Assembly: GCA_965649495.1 (NCBI GenBank)
Contig: CBFGLD010000002.1
Location: 200-64,199, forward strand
Length of the DNA stretch: 64,000 bases
From: an uncultured Flavihumibacter sp.
GTDB lineage: Bacteria; Bacteroidota; Bacteroidia; Chitinophagales; Chitinophagaceae
Reading direction: 5' to 3'
Positions 47,249 to 56,704 of this stretch are shown one piece after another. Numbering within the stretch: the stretch's first letter is position 1; each line of letters starts with the position of its first letter. The notes under the pieces are model-generated. The model saw nothing but the letters and a program-made list of their open reading frames with translations. It searched no databases and was not told the origin of the DNA. Both the position numbers and the translations under genes were made by a program.

Positions 47249-47301
47249 CCTAATCCAGGGACTTACGTCCTATAGGTAACAAACTATTAAACCTTATTAC
47301 A

Positions 47302-47760
47302 ATGAAACGTATCACAACAGTTGTGGTATTAGCCTTAATGATCGCAACATCCGGCTTTGCCGGAACCGGAACCGGAAAAAATACAAACGAAAACGTTAAC
47401 TGGCGCGTAACGGAATCCTTTAAGAAAGAATTTTCAACCGCTACAGAAGTAACCTGGTCAAGGACCAGCAACCTTTACAAGGCGCAATTTACCCTGAATG
47501 GCCAGGTGATGTTCGCCTACCTGAATGATGCAGGAAAACTGGTAGGGGTATACCGTAATATACTCAGCACGCAACTACCGATCCAATTAATGAATGAGCT
47601 GAAAAATTCATATTCGGATTTCTGGATCATTGGCCTTTTTGAAATGGCAACAGAAGAAGGAACGCATTATTACATTACCCTTCAGAATGCCGATGAGCAA
47701 ATGGTATTGAAGAGTGTAAATGCGGGTGAGTGGTCCGAATATTCAAGAATAAAGAAATAA
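47302..47760 (+). CDS. Secreted protein, paralog of 46802-47248
   Basis: Signal peptide; VTESFKKEFSTATEVTW, AYLNDAGKLV, LP motifs. Confidence 0.75.
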   Translation: MKRITTVVVLALMIATSGFAGTGTGKNTNENVNWRVTESFKKEFSTATEVTWSRTSNLYKAQFTLNGQVMFAYLNDAGKLVGVYRNILSTQLPIQLMNELKNSYSDFWIIGLFEMATEEGTHYYITLQNADEQMVLKSVNAGEWSEYSRIKK

Positions 47761-47790
47761 ATCTTTCTCTGAGGTTTTGTTGGAAAGTCT

Positions 47791-47821
47791 GGCTTCGCCC
47801 CGTAAGGCGAAGCCTTTTTTA
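47791..47821 (+). terminator. Intrinsic terminator
   Basis: GGCTTCGCC-N6-GGCGAAGCC-TTTTTT. Confidence 0.85.
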
Positions 47822-47871
47822 TGGTACTAACTGCATCCTCCTTATTTTTGCTGTCCACAAAATCATATAAC

Positions 47872-48846
47872 ATGAGTAAAGGTCCGGTTTCGCAGTTCAT
47901 CCAGCATCACTACCGCCACTTTAATGCGGCTGCCCTGGTGGATGCTGCTAAAGGATATGAAAAACACCTGCTGGAAGGCGGGAAAATGATGGTAACACTT
48001 GCTGGTGCCATGAGTACCGCTGAACTGGGTGTATCATTGGCGGAGATGATCCGCCAGGGTAAAGTGGATATCATATCCTGTACGGGCGCCAACCTGGAAG
48101 AGGATGTTATGAACCTGGTGGCACATTCGCATTATCGTCGTATTCCAAACTATCGTGATCTCACACCGCAGGAGGAGTGGGATTTGCTGGAGAAGGGGTT
48201 AAACCGGGTAACGGATACCTGTATTCCCGAGGAGGAGGCTTTCCGGAAGATCCAGCACCACATCGCCAAAATCTGGAAAGACGCGGATGCGGCAGGTGAG
48301 CGGTATTTCCCCCACGAGTACATGTATAAGCTGCTGAACAGCGGGCTGATGAAAGACGATTATGAGATCGATCCCAAGGACAGCTGGATGATTGCCGCGG
48401 CGGAAAGGAACCTGCCCATTATCGTTGGCGGTTGGGAAGACTCTACCATGGGAAATATCTTCGCTTCGTATGTTATCAAGAATGAGGTGAAAGCCTCTAC
48501 CATGAAGAGCGGTATTGAATATATGGTGTGGCTGGCCGACTGGTACCGTCATAACAGCGGCGGCAAGGGGGTTGGCTTCTTCCAGATTGGCGGGGGTATT
48601 GCCGGCGATTTCCCCATCTGCGTGGTACCCATGATGTACCAGGACCTCGAGTGGCATGATGTTCCGTTCTGGAGCTATTTCTGCCAGATCAGTGATTCCA
48701 CCACTTCTTACGGTTCTTACAGTGGAGCGGTTCCCAATGAAAAGATCACCTGGGGTAAACTCAGTATTGATACCCCGAAATATATCGTGGAAAGCGATGC
48801 CACCATTGTTGCACCGCTGATTTTTGCTTACCTGTTAGGCTGGTAA
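47872..48846 (+). CDS. Deoxyhypusine synthase family protein
   Basis: LAGAMSTAELG, TGANLEED, IGGGIAGD, GSYSGAVPNEKITWGK. Confidence 0.9.
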   Translation: MSKGPVSQFIQHHYRHFNAAALVDAAKGYEKHLLEGGKMMVTLAGAMSTAELGVSLAEMIRQGKVDIISCTGANLEEDVMNLVAHSHYRRIPNYRDLTPQEEWDLLEKGLNRVTDTCIPEEEAFRKIQHHIAKIWKDADAAGERYFPHEYMYKLLNSGLMKDDYEIDPKDSWMIAAAERNLPIIVGGWEDSTMGNIFASYVIKNEVKASTMKSGIEYMVWLADWYRHNSGGKGVGFFQIGGGIAGDFPICVVPMMYQDLEWHDVPFWSYFCQISDSTTSYGSYSGAVPNEKITWGKLSIDTPKYIVESDATIVAPLIFAYLLGW

Positions 48847-48856
48847 ACCGGGACAT

Positions 48857-48900
48857 TGGTCCCTGAGTGGTCGCTCACTGGTCCCTGACTGGTCCCTGTT
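48857..48900. repeat. Four 11-bp tandem repeats
   Basis: TGGTCCCTGAG / TGGTCGCTCAC / TGGTCCCTGAC / TGGTCCCTGTT. Confidence 0.85.
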
Positions 48901-49000
48901 ATCCTACGACAAAACTATGAGGGTACCGGCTGATTTAACTTAAAAAAGAAAGGCTGTCCAAATGGACACCCTTTTACTTATCAAGCAGTACGGACCGGTA

Positions 49001-49396
49001 TCAGGATCTTTTTTCAAAAATGCCCGGGAAGGTTTTACGGGGTAATTTGGTACGAGGGTCTACCCTGCCATCCACGCGGCGGTCATCCCGTCTTTCGTAG
49101 CGGCCATCGTCACGTCTTTCGTAGCGGCGGTCATTGCGGCGACTTTCGTACCTGCGGTCGTCGCAGGAGGCACACTGGCTGCAGCCGGAGTTACCCCTTC
49201 CATACCTGCCATCCTCGTATCGGGCATTATGGTTATGATTATTCTTATAGTGTCCTTTCTTTTTGCCCTTCCCATTTTTCCATTTGTCGTGGCTGGGACC
49301 ATGCCCATCATGAGCATAAGTGGCACTGGCAAGCATCAGGCTGCCGAGGGTCATACCCATCAGCAGGAATTTTTGTAAAAATGGTTTTCTGGACAT
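49001..49396 (-). CDS. Secreted low-complexity protein with Arg/Asp/Tyr heptad repeats
   Basis: Signal peptide ending ATYA; KGKKKGHYK; CSQCASC; DDRRYESRRNDRRYERRDDGRYERRDDRR. Confidence 0.7.
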   Translation of the reverse strand: MSRKPFLQKFLLMGMTLGSLMLASATYAHDGHGPSHDKWKNGKGKKKGHYKNNHNHNARYEDGRYGRGNSGCSQCASCDDRRYESRRNDRRYERRDDGRYERRDDRRVDGRVDPRTKLPRKTFPGIFEKRS

Positions 49397-49493
49397 AGTC
49401 TTTGTTTTTAAGATCTGGAATGATTTTATATAACTAAGACCATGCCCGGAAAACCATGTTTAACAGCGATAGGCCAATGAAATGTTAAACCGG

Positions 49494-51050
49494 TTAGCGC
49501 GACATTTCAGGCAGCTCCAGGTCGCGTTTCAGCTTGTTTTCCCTGTTAGCCATTTCCCAGGCGGTAAAGAAAACCAGGTCGGCGCGCTTCTTGAGCAGTT
49601 TGTAGTTAATCTTGTCGGGGGTGTCGGTAGCTTTATGATAATCGGCCTGCAACATGCCATCATAATAAAAAATGACGGGCACTCCCCTGCGGGCGAAGTT
49701 GAAATGGTCACTTCGGAAATAGATCTGGTTGGGATCGGCCGGGTCGTTGAATTTATAATCCAGATTCAGCTTCACATACTTTTTGTTCATTGCTTCGCTC
49801 AGCGGCTTCAGTTCAGTGCTGAGTTTATCATCTCCTACCACATAAACGTAGTTGAGTGTATCGGCAGATTTTCGTTCCGTATCCACCCTTCCAATCATAT
49901 CGATATTCAGGTTGGCGGTAACATTTTCAAGGGGCATGGGGGCATTATCGCCGAAATATTCTGAGCCCCAGAGTCCTTTTTCCTCGCCACTCACTGCCAT
50001 TACCAGGACGTTACGACGGGGCCCGTTGCCTCTGGCTTTTGCGGTGGCAAACGCTTCTGCGATCTCCATGATTCCAACGGTTCCGGAACCGTCGTCGTCT
50101 GCCCCGTAATAGATCACATCCCCGCGTTTACCCAGGTGATCGTAATGGGCAGTGATGACCAACCATTCGTCCTTTTTATCGGAGCCTTCAATATATCCCA
50201 GAACGTTGGTGCTCTCCAGTTGTTTCACTTTTTTATCGAGGTGCAGCAGTAAGTTCACTTTATGAACAGCGGCTGGCAAAGAGCTTTCTTTCCCTTTAGC
50301 CTGCAGGTCCGTGAACCCGTTGCCCAGGATGGCGGCAGCAACATCGGCCGAGACGGAGTAGAGGCTGGCGGGTTGTTTTTCCGAGAAAAGATTGGTGTAC
50401 ATGTTGCCCAGGGGTTCAGCGGCCTTTCGCGGGAAGCCGTTACCCACCATAATTACCGCGGCTGCACCTTTAGCCACGGCGTTATTGTATTTGCCGTAAA
50501 GACCGTTTGGAGCCCTCCATCCTCTTTTAGTGGTTTTGTAAGAAGACGGTGCTCCTTCCAGTAAGAGGACCGCTTTGCCTTTCACATCCATATTTCCGTA
50601 ATCATCCACCGCGGCGTCGGCGTCTACGATACCATGGCCTGCGAAGACCAGTTCCGAGAAATACTGTGCACCCGGTCGTGTTAGCTGGAGGGTGGGCTGA
50701 AAGTGCTGGTTGAGTTGGAAAGACTTACCATTCACCGCCAGTTCGGCCCCCAGGAGGGAGTCGCGGTATACCGGGAAAGTCTGCTGGTAACTACCATTGT
50801 ATCCGGGCAGCAGGCCGGCTTCCCGGAAATGCTGTTCGATATAGGCGGCGGCTTTCCGTTGGCCCTCGGTAGCGGTTTCGCGGCCTTCCATTTCAGGGCC
50901 GGCGATAACATAAAGATGTTCTTTCAGTTCCGCCTCCGTAATGGTAGCGGCAATTGGCTGTACCCCTGCGTTCTTAGCCGGTTTCGCCTTTTTCTGGGCA
51001 TAGCTAAGGGTTGCCGGAACCAGGGCCAGCAACAGACATAGTTTTTTCAT
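49494..51050 (-). CDS. M28 family aminopeptidase with PA domain
   Basis: TAHYDHLG, GADDDGSG, GEEKGLWGS, NIDMIGR, RSDH, DYH. Confidence 0.92.
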   Translation of the reverse strand: MKKLCLLLALVPATLSYAQKKAKPAKNAGVQPIAATITEAELKEHLYVIAGPEMEGRETATEGQRKAAAYIEQHFREAGLLPGYNGSYQQTFPVYRDSLLGAELAVNGKSFQLNQHFQPTLQLTRPGAQYFSELVFAGHGIVDADAAVDDYGNMDVKGKAVLLLEGAPSSYKTTKRGWRAPNGLYGKYNNAVAKGAAAVIMVGNGFPRKAAEPLGNMYTNLFSEKQPASLYSVSADVAAAILGNGFTDLQAKGKESSLPAAVHKVNLLLHLDKKVKQLESTNVLGYIEGSDKKDEWLVITAHYDHLGKRGDVIYYGADDDGSGTVGIMEIAEAFATAKARGNGPRRNVLVMAVSGEEKGLWGSEYFGDNAPMPLENVTANLNIDMIGRVDTERKSADTLNYVYVVGDDKLSTELKPLSEAMNKKYVKLNLDYKFNDPADPNQIYFRSDHFNFARRGVPVIFYYDGMLQADYHKATDTPDKINYKLLKKRADLVFFTAWEMANRENKLKRDLELPEMSR

Positions 51051-51095
51051 GCGTGATGGTATGTGTTTACTGTGAAAGGATTGAAAACGGATAAT

Positions 51096-51548
51096 CTAAA
51101 TGCAGGCGATCTTACCCACGCGGGTGCCGTGGCGCCCGCCTTCAAAAGCGGTTTCGATAAAGGTCTCCACCATCTGGATGGCATAAGGTAGTGCAATGAA
51201 ACGAGCTGGCATACAGATGATGTTAGCGTCGTTGTGTTTGCGTACCAGTTTGGCCACTTCGTTATCCCAGCAGAGTCCGGCCCGCACACCCTGGTGTTTA
51301 TTAGCAGTGATGGCCACCCCGTTGGCACTGCCACAGAGCAGGATTCCGAAGGCGGCTTCTCCCGCTTCCACGAAGGCGGCGGTGGGATGGGCAAAGTCGG
51401 GGTAATCCACAGAGTCGGCACTCCGGGTGCCGAAATCACGGACTTCCCAGCCGTTGCGCTCCAGGTGTTGCTTGATAGCTTCTTTATATTCAAAGCCGGC
51501 ATGATCACAACCGATGGCTACCGGCAACTGTTTAGAGAAATCAGACAT
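51096..51548 (-). CDS. rpiB: Ribose-5-phosphate isomerase B
   Basis: GCDHAG, SVDYPD, CGSANG, HNDAN, FEGGRH. Confidence 0.95.
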   Translation of the reverse strand: MSDFSKQLPVAIGCDHAGFEYKEAIKQHLERNGWEVRDFGTRSADSVDYPDFAHPTAAFVEAGEAAFGILLCGSANGVAITANKHQGVRAGLCWDNEVAKLVRKHNDANIICMPARFIALPYAIQMVETFIETAFEGGRHGTRVGKIACI

Positions 51549-51597
51549 CAGGATGAATTTATGGTTTTACCAAAGTTCGTTATTTATCAGGAACGCA

Positions 51598-52452
51598 TCA
51601 GCTCCATTCGGCAGGTAGTTTCTGGTTATCCTCATCTTCCTTGTTCACGCGCGCCGCGATGCTGATACTGATCTCGTAGAGTATCCAAAGAGGAACGGTT
51701 ACAATGAGCTGGCTGATGACATCGGGTGGGGTGATCACGGCGGCGATGATCAGGATGACCAGCACTGCAAACTTGCGGTAAGTACGCAGGAAGGAGGCCG
51801 TCACAATGCCAACTTTCGCCAGGAAATAGACCACCAGCGGCAACTGGAATACGATGCCCGTACCCAGTACCAGCGAAACGATATTATCGATGTAATCGCT
51901 TACGGTAAAAGTGTTCTGGATATTTGGACTGAGGGTATAGGCAGCAAAGAAATTTACGGTATAGGGAGCAATCAGGTAATACCCGAATGCCACGCCGCTG
52001 AAAAACAGCAGGGAGACCCAGAAGATGACACCCCTGGTCCTGTTTAGTTCTTTTTGGGTGAGGGCGGGTTTCACGAAGCGCCAGAACTCCCAGAAGATAT
52101 AAGGAAAAGCCACAATGAACCCCCCAACGAAAGCTATGGTAAAGCTCATCATGAACTGGCTGCTCATTTGGGTGCTGATCAATTTCAGGTTGATATCCGA
52201 CAGGCACATGGCATCTCCCAATCCTACCTTGTGGCTGAATTTGCAAAGTAGTTCATACGTGATAAAATCCTTCCTGGCGGGTCCCATCACCACCTGTCCG
52301 AAAAAGAAATCCATATAAACAAAAACTGCAATCGCTCCAACCATAATAGCGATGATGGAGCGCATGATATGCCATCGAAGCGCTTCGAGGTGATCTACAA
52401 ATGACATTTCCGCGTTATCTCCGTTTTCCCGCCTGAATAAAGATTTGGCCAT
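51598..52452 (-). CDS. tatC: Twin-arginine translocase subunit TatC
   Basis: EMSFVDHLEALR, WRFVKPAL, FQLP, AAVITPPD, LYEIS. Confidence 0.95.
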   Translation of the reverse strand: MAKSLFRRENGDNAEMSFVDHLEALRWHIMRSIIAIMVGAIAVFVYMDFFFGQVVMGPARKDFITYELLCKFSHKVGLGDAMCLSDINLKLISTQMSSQFMMSFTIAFVGGFIVAFPYIFWEFWRFVKPALTQKELNRTRGVIFWVSLLFFSGVAFGYYLIAPYTVNFFAAYTLSPNIQNTFTVSDYIDNIVSLVLGTGIVFQLPLVVYFLAKVGIVTASFLRTYRKFAVLVILIIAAVITPPDVISQLIVTVPLWILYEISISIAARVNKEDEDNQKLPAEWS

Positions 52453-52540
52453 ACATTAAGTATTCTATAAGAAATTCCAGCAATATTTTATCAGTATATT
52501 CGTTTTTCTTCTAATTCAAACACCCATAAAACCTGTATCA

Positions 52541-52714
52541 ATGAAACGTAATGCAATGTACTACGACACGCATTCCATTAAAATCATCAAGGACAGTTAC
52601 CGCCCCGGGCTTCATCCCATACGTTTTATGAAGTACCTCTGGAGCGTACTGGTCCAGGGTCAATCACCTATCCAGAACCGGCCGGATTACTCCAGAAGGC
52701 CAGCAAGATACTAA
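52541..52714 (+). CDS. Small basic hypothetical protein (57 aa; not in ORF track)
   Basis: MKRNAMYYDTHSIKIIKDSYRPGLHPIRFMKYLWSVLVQGQSPIQNRPDYSRRPARY*; -7-like TATATTCG upstream and hairpin+T tract at ~52765-52795. Confidence 0.55.
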   Translation: MKRNAMYYDTHSIKIIKDSYRPGLHPIRFMKYLWSVLVQGQSPIQNRPDYSRRPARY

Positions 52715-52793
52715 CCCGAACACATATCTGGCACTTACTTCTGAAACCACTTTCGTACGTGCCTTCCCCGTCCTGCACCGGCGGGGATTTTTT

Positions 52794-55700
52794 TTAGCTG
52801 AACAGGTACTCCACATCTTCCCTGGTCAGGTTCTTCACAAAACCTTCGTCGTCGGCAATCAGGTCCCGCGCCAACACCCTTTTCCGGTCCTGGAGCTGCA
52901 GGATCTTGTCTTCAATGGTATCCTTACAGATCATCCGGTAGGCAAAAATGTTCTTGGTTTGCCCGATACGGTGTGTCCGGTCAATGGCCTGCTGTTCCAC
53001 TGCTGGGTTCCACCAGGGATCCACGATATATACGTAATCGGCAGCGGTTAGGTTCAGACCTACGCCCCCGGCTTTGAGAGATATCAGGAAAACCCGGCAG
53101 TTCTCATCGTTCTGAAAGCGCTGGATGGCTTTTTCGCGGTCCACGGCGGAAGTGCTCCCGTCAAAATATTCATAATCCACCCCCAGCGCCTCCAGCTTCT
53201 TACGAATCAGTGCCAGCATACCCAGGAACTGAGAGAAGACGAGTGCCTTGTGGTTGCTGATATTTTCCGTGATCTCCCGGCCCAGCTCTTCCAGTTTGAT
53301 GGAATGGTTCTCAAATTTTTCCTGTTCGTTGAGTATGGCTGGTGAATCACAGATCTGGCGCAGTTTCATAAGTCCCTGCAGGATAGTGAGCTGCGACTTC
53401 TGCATGCCCTGGCTTTCGATGGTGCCCATGATCTTATCGCGGTAGTCGTTTCGATACGCGTCGTAGATCTTACGTTGTTCGTCTTCCATTTCACACCAGA
53501 GAATGGTCTCCACTTTTTCCGGCAGGTCGCGAGCCACCTGTTCCTTGGTGCGACGTAATATGAATGGGAAGAGTATCTTCCGAAGATGATCTTTGCGCTC
53601 CGGCTCACCAAATTTATCAATGGGGATGGCAAACTCCTGCCGGAAGAATTCCATGCTTCCCAGCATGCCGGGGTTCAGGAAATTCATTTGCGCATATATA
53701 TCAAAGGTATTATTCTGCAGCGGTGTACCGCTCATGCATAAGCGATGTTTGGCACGAAGTAGTGAAGCGGCACGGGTGACTTTGCTGGAAGGGTTCTTGA
53801 TAGCCTGCGATTCATCCAGCACCACGTAATCGAACTCTATATCCACCAGCAGTTTGATGTCACTGCGTAGTGTTCCATAGGTCGTGATTATGATATTTTT
53901 ATCACTGAGCATGGTTTTGTTCCGTGAGCGCTCGCCACCATGATGGATGTGGTAACTGAGGGTGGGAGTGAATTTGCGGATCTCGTTTTCCCAGTTGAAC
54001 ATCAGGGTGGTGGGACAAACCACGAGGGCCCTGAGCTGGCCGTGAGTATCCCGGTAATGTTGCAGGAAGCTGAGTGCCTGCACGGTTTTACCTAAACCCA
54101 TGTCATCGGCCAGGATGCCACCCCAATTCACTTCACTCAGGTAGTTGATCCATTGGAAGCCAAAAGCCTGGTAGGGTCTCAGGATCGGTTGCAGGTGCCC
54201 TGGAGGGTCTACTTCACGGATGCTCTTGAATCCCCGGAGGCGATCGTATTTTTCTTCGAGTTGTATGAAAAGCTCTTCTTCGTTGCGTTCATTGTAAAGT
54301 TCATCAATAACGCTCATGTGGTATTTACTCAGGCGTAGGTTCTGTGCCTTGCCTTCTCCCACGCGGAAGAGCAGTGAATATTTTTTGATCCACTCTTCCG
54401 GAAGGATACCCAATGAGCCATCGTCCAACTGAACAAACTGCTGTTTATTAGCCAGGGCGCGTTTTACTTCTGCAACCGTCACTTTCTGGTCGCCGAAAAC
54501 GATGTCTACTTTGGCATCAAACCAGTCCGTATTGGAGCTGATCTGTATCCTCGTTTGTGGCTTCGCGGTATTAAAGCGAAAATTCTTCAGGGCTTCAAAT
54601 CCGTAGACAGGTACTTTCATTTCCTTCATGGCATCCACAAACAGGAAGAACCAGTTATTCCGCAGCACATCAGCACCTTTAAGCACCAGGTTCTGGGAGC
54701 CATCGGGGCGCATGAAATTAGAGTGCAGTGCTTCCAGTTTCTGAAGGAACTGTTGCTCCACCTCTTTGTTGCGGTGAACGATCATCACCTTATCGCCGTC
54801 GGGAACAATGATCTCGTCCTTGTCGCCCGGCCTGGTTTCAAAACCTTTATACGAGAAGACAGGCTGGAAGACCAGGTAGTCACCTTTCTCCTGTAGCGTA
54901 AGTATACGCTCTGGTTCGCCGTCGCGGTAGGAAGAGATCAGTGCGGCATCAAATTCAACGTGGTAATGTTTGGCCAGCGGCAATACCAGTTGCTTCAATT
55001 GCAGGGGCCAGGCGGATTTGCTGATGGTGATGGATCCTTTTGGCATAAAGGTTTCCACGCGGTTCACATCTTCTCCCGATTCCCAGCCGTGAAGGTTATC
55101 ATTGTAAAGGAAGAGCATATTGCTGGCCAGCTCGTTATCGGTAAGTTTCAGTTCTGCACCGTTGATCTTTACATAACAGGTGATCTCGTATTGCGTCTTC
55201 TTTTGCGTAACCCGGAAATATGGTACCAGCGGTTCGGTTACGATGCCTATCTGCTGCAGGTTTTCTGTCTTGAACAACTTGCCGGGGGGAAGGCGGTAAA
55301 AGAACGGGCTGTCGGCATATTCGTTTAAAAGCTTGCGCAGCTTAGGTTGCAGGTATTCCACAACCAGGTGCTTGGTTTCAGCAGGCAGGTCATCGCTTTC
55401 GTGGTGGATGATATTTTCCCAGATGCCGCTGAAAGGTGAGTTCCGGTTCAGGAACTTGGTCAGTTCTGCCTCCTGCATGCGGCGCATGGCGGGGATAAGG
55501 TTCCTGTCGGATTCCGGAAAAGCTTCCACGTTCACGTATTTGGAGAGGTCGATCTTTTCCACCTTGCCGAGAAATTTCTGCTGCTGCTCATCTGCCTCTC
55601 CCTGGATAGCTTCCAGCTGAAAGCCGGGGTAAGAGCGTGGCTGCAGGTTGAGAACAATTCCTACCCGCAGGGAAGGAGCTTCTTCCTTTTCCGTTTCCTG

Positions 55701-56552
55701 TTCCGTATCATCGGCCAGGACGGCCACTTCCACAGGCCGGGGGCGACTGGCCTGCAGCGGGTTAATGCGTTTAATGGATGCATCCAGGACTCGCAGGTAA
55801 GGCTTGCCTTCCTTGTAAGCAAATTCAAATTTCCCGGATAACTCATCATTCAGGCTGTAACCATACGCTTCCAGGAGTTTATTCTTTTCCTTATCCCAGT
55901 TCCGGATAGAATCGAAATAGTTAGGCCCATATGCATTCAGCAGTTGGAGGAAAACGATCACTTTGGGGAGGCAGAGCGGGTGTTTGGTATCCACATAATC
56001 GCAGCTCGTATCAAAATTGCGCTCCTCATTTTTACGGATGACCACTTTGTAGGAATTATTACCCAATTCCACAGTAGCTTTCACGACTTCGTCAGCGGCC
56101 GACTCAATGCTGGCTTTCGCTGTGCGCAGGTATTTTTCCGCTTCATTATAGGTTTCCTGGCCGCTCAATAATTTGATGGTCTTCAGGTCAATCGTTTTCA
56201 TTTTGATGACCGTGTGCCGTTGGTCGTATTCCACCTGTTCGGCGGAAAGCAGGTTCTTATCCAGCATTTCCTGCAGTTGGATCAGCGCTGCCGCTTCGTG
56301 GCGACAGATATCTCCCAGGTTGTAAGGACAGCTGCAGCGGACCGAAAGAGCCTTTGGATCAGAGAATTTCTGCACATAGACCTTATAGAAAGTGGCGTAG
56401 CTGTCATCTTTTACGCGGAACGTGACCGAGCCCAGCAATTCATCGTATTCCACCAGTTCAACATAACCAATTGCGTGGATCTTTTTCCCTCTCCTGATCA
56501 CTTCATCGGTTCCGTTGGTATAAACAAATTTGATAAGGTGCGGTAAAGCCAT
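52794..56552 (-). CDS. SNF2-family DEAD/DEAH helicase with N-terminal SWIM zinc finger
   Basis: CSCPYNLGDICRH; LADDMGLGKT, LDESQAIKN, SGTPLQN, SLKAGGVGLNL, QAIDRTHRIGQ. Confidence 0.95.
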   Translation of the reverse strand: MALPHLIKFVYTNGTDEVIRRGKKIHAIGYVELVEYDELLGSVTFRVKDDSYATFYKVYVQKFSDPKALSVRCSCPYNLGDICRHEAAALIQLQEMLDKNLLSAEQVEYDQRHTVIKMKTIDLKTIKLLSGQETYNEAEKYLRTAKASIESAADEVVKATVELGNNSYKVVIRKNEERNFDTSCDYVDTKHPLCLPKVIVFLQLLNAYGPNYFDSIRNWDKEKNKLLEAYGYSLNDELSGKFEFAYKEGKPYLRVLDASIKRINPLQASRPRPVEVAVLADDTEQETEKEEAPSLRVGIVLNLQPRSYPGFQLEAIQGEADEQQQKFLGKVEKIDLSKYVNVEAFPESDRNLIPAMRRMQEAELTKFLNRNSPFSGIWENIIHHESDDLPAETKHLVVEYLQPKLRKLLNEYADSPFFYRLPPGKLFKTENLQQIGIVTEPLVPYFRVTQKKTQYEITCYVKINGAELKLTDNELASNMLFLYNDNLHGWESGEDVNRVETFMPKGSITISKSAWPLQLKQLVLPLAKHYHVEFDAALISSYRDGEPERILTLQEKGDYLVFQPVFSYKGFETRPGDKDEIIVPDGDKVMIVHRNKEVEQQFLQKLEALHSNFMRPDGSQNLVLKGADVLRNNWFFLFVDAMKEMKVPVYGFEALKNFRFNTAKPQTRIQISSNTDWFDAKVDIVFGDQKVTVAEVKRALANKQQFVQLDDGSLGILPEEWIKKYSLLFRVGEGKAQNLRLSKYHMSVIDELYNERNEEELFIQLEEKYDRLRGFKSIREVDPPGHLQPILRPYQAFGFQWINYLSEVNWGGILADDMGLGKTVQALSFLQHYRDTHGQLRALVVCPTTLMFNWENEIRKFTPTLSYHIHHGGERSRNKTMLSDKNIIITTYGTLRSDIKLLVDIEFDYVVLDESQAIKNPSSKVTRAASLLRAKHRLCMSGTPLQNNTFDIYAQMNFLNPGMLGSMEFFRQEFAIPIDKFGEPERKDHLRKILFPFILRRTKEQVARDLPEKVETILWCEMEDEQRKIYDAYRNDYRDKIMGTIESQGMQKSQLTILQGLMKLRQICDSPAILNEQEKFENHSIKLEELGREITENISNHKALVFSQFLGMLALIRKKLEALGVDYEYFDGSTSAVDREKAIQRFQNDENCRVFLISLKAGGVGLNLTAADYVYIVDPWWNPAVEQQAIDRTHRIGQTKNIFAYRMICKDTIEDKILQLQDRKRVLARDLIADDEGFVKNLTREDVEYLFS

Positions 56553-56704
56553 TCATTTTCTTTTTTTATGACCCATGCGGGTGCGGACAGGCCAATCTGC
56601 AAAAGTAACGGAAAGACGGGCAGATAACCATATTATTTCTTGCATTTTACGGCACGGTATTCGCCCTCCCTATGATACCTTTGTGAACCAAGTATTGAAA
56701 GCAT

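Noticed and set aside
52794-56552. SNF2 helicase as part of an anti-phage system
   Set aside because: Stand-alone SWIM-SNF2 gene among housekeeping genes, with no methylase or nuclease partners
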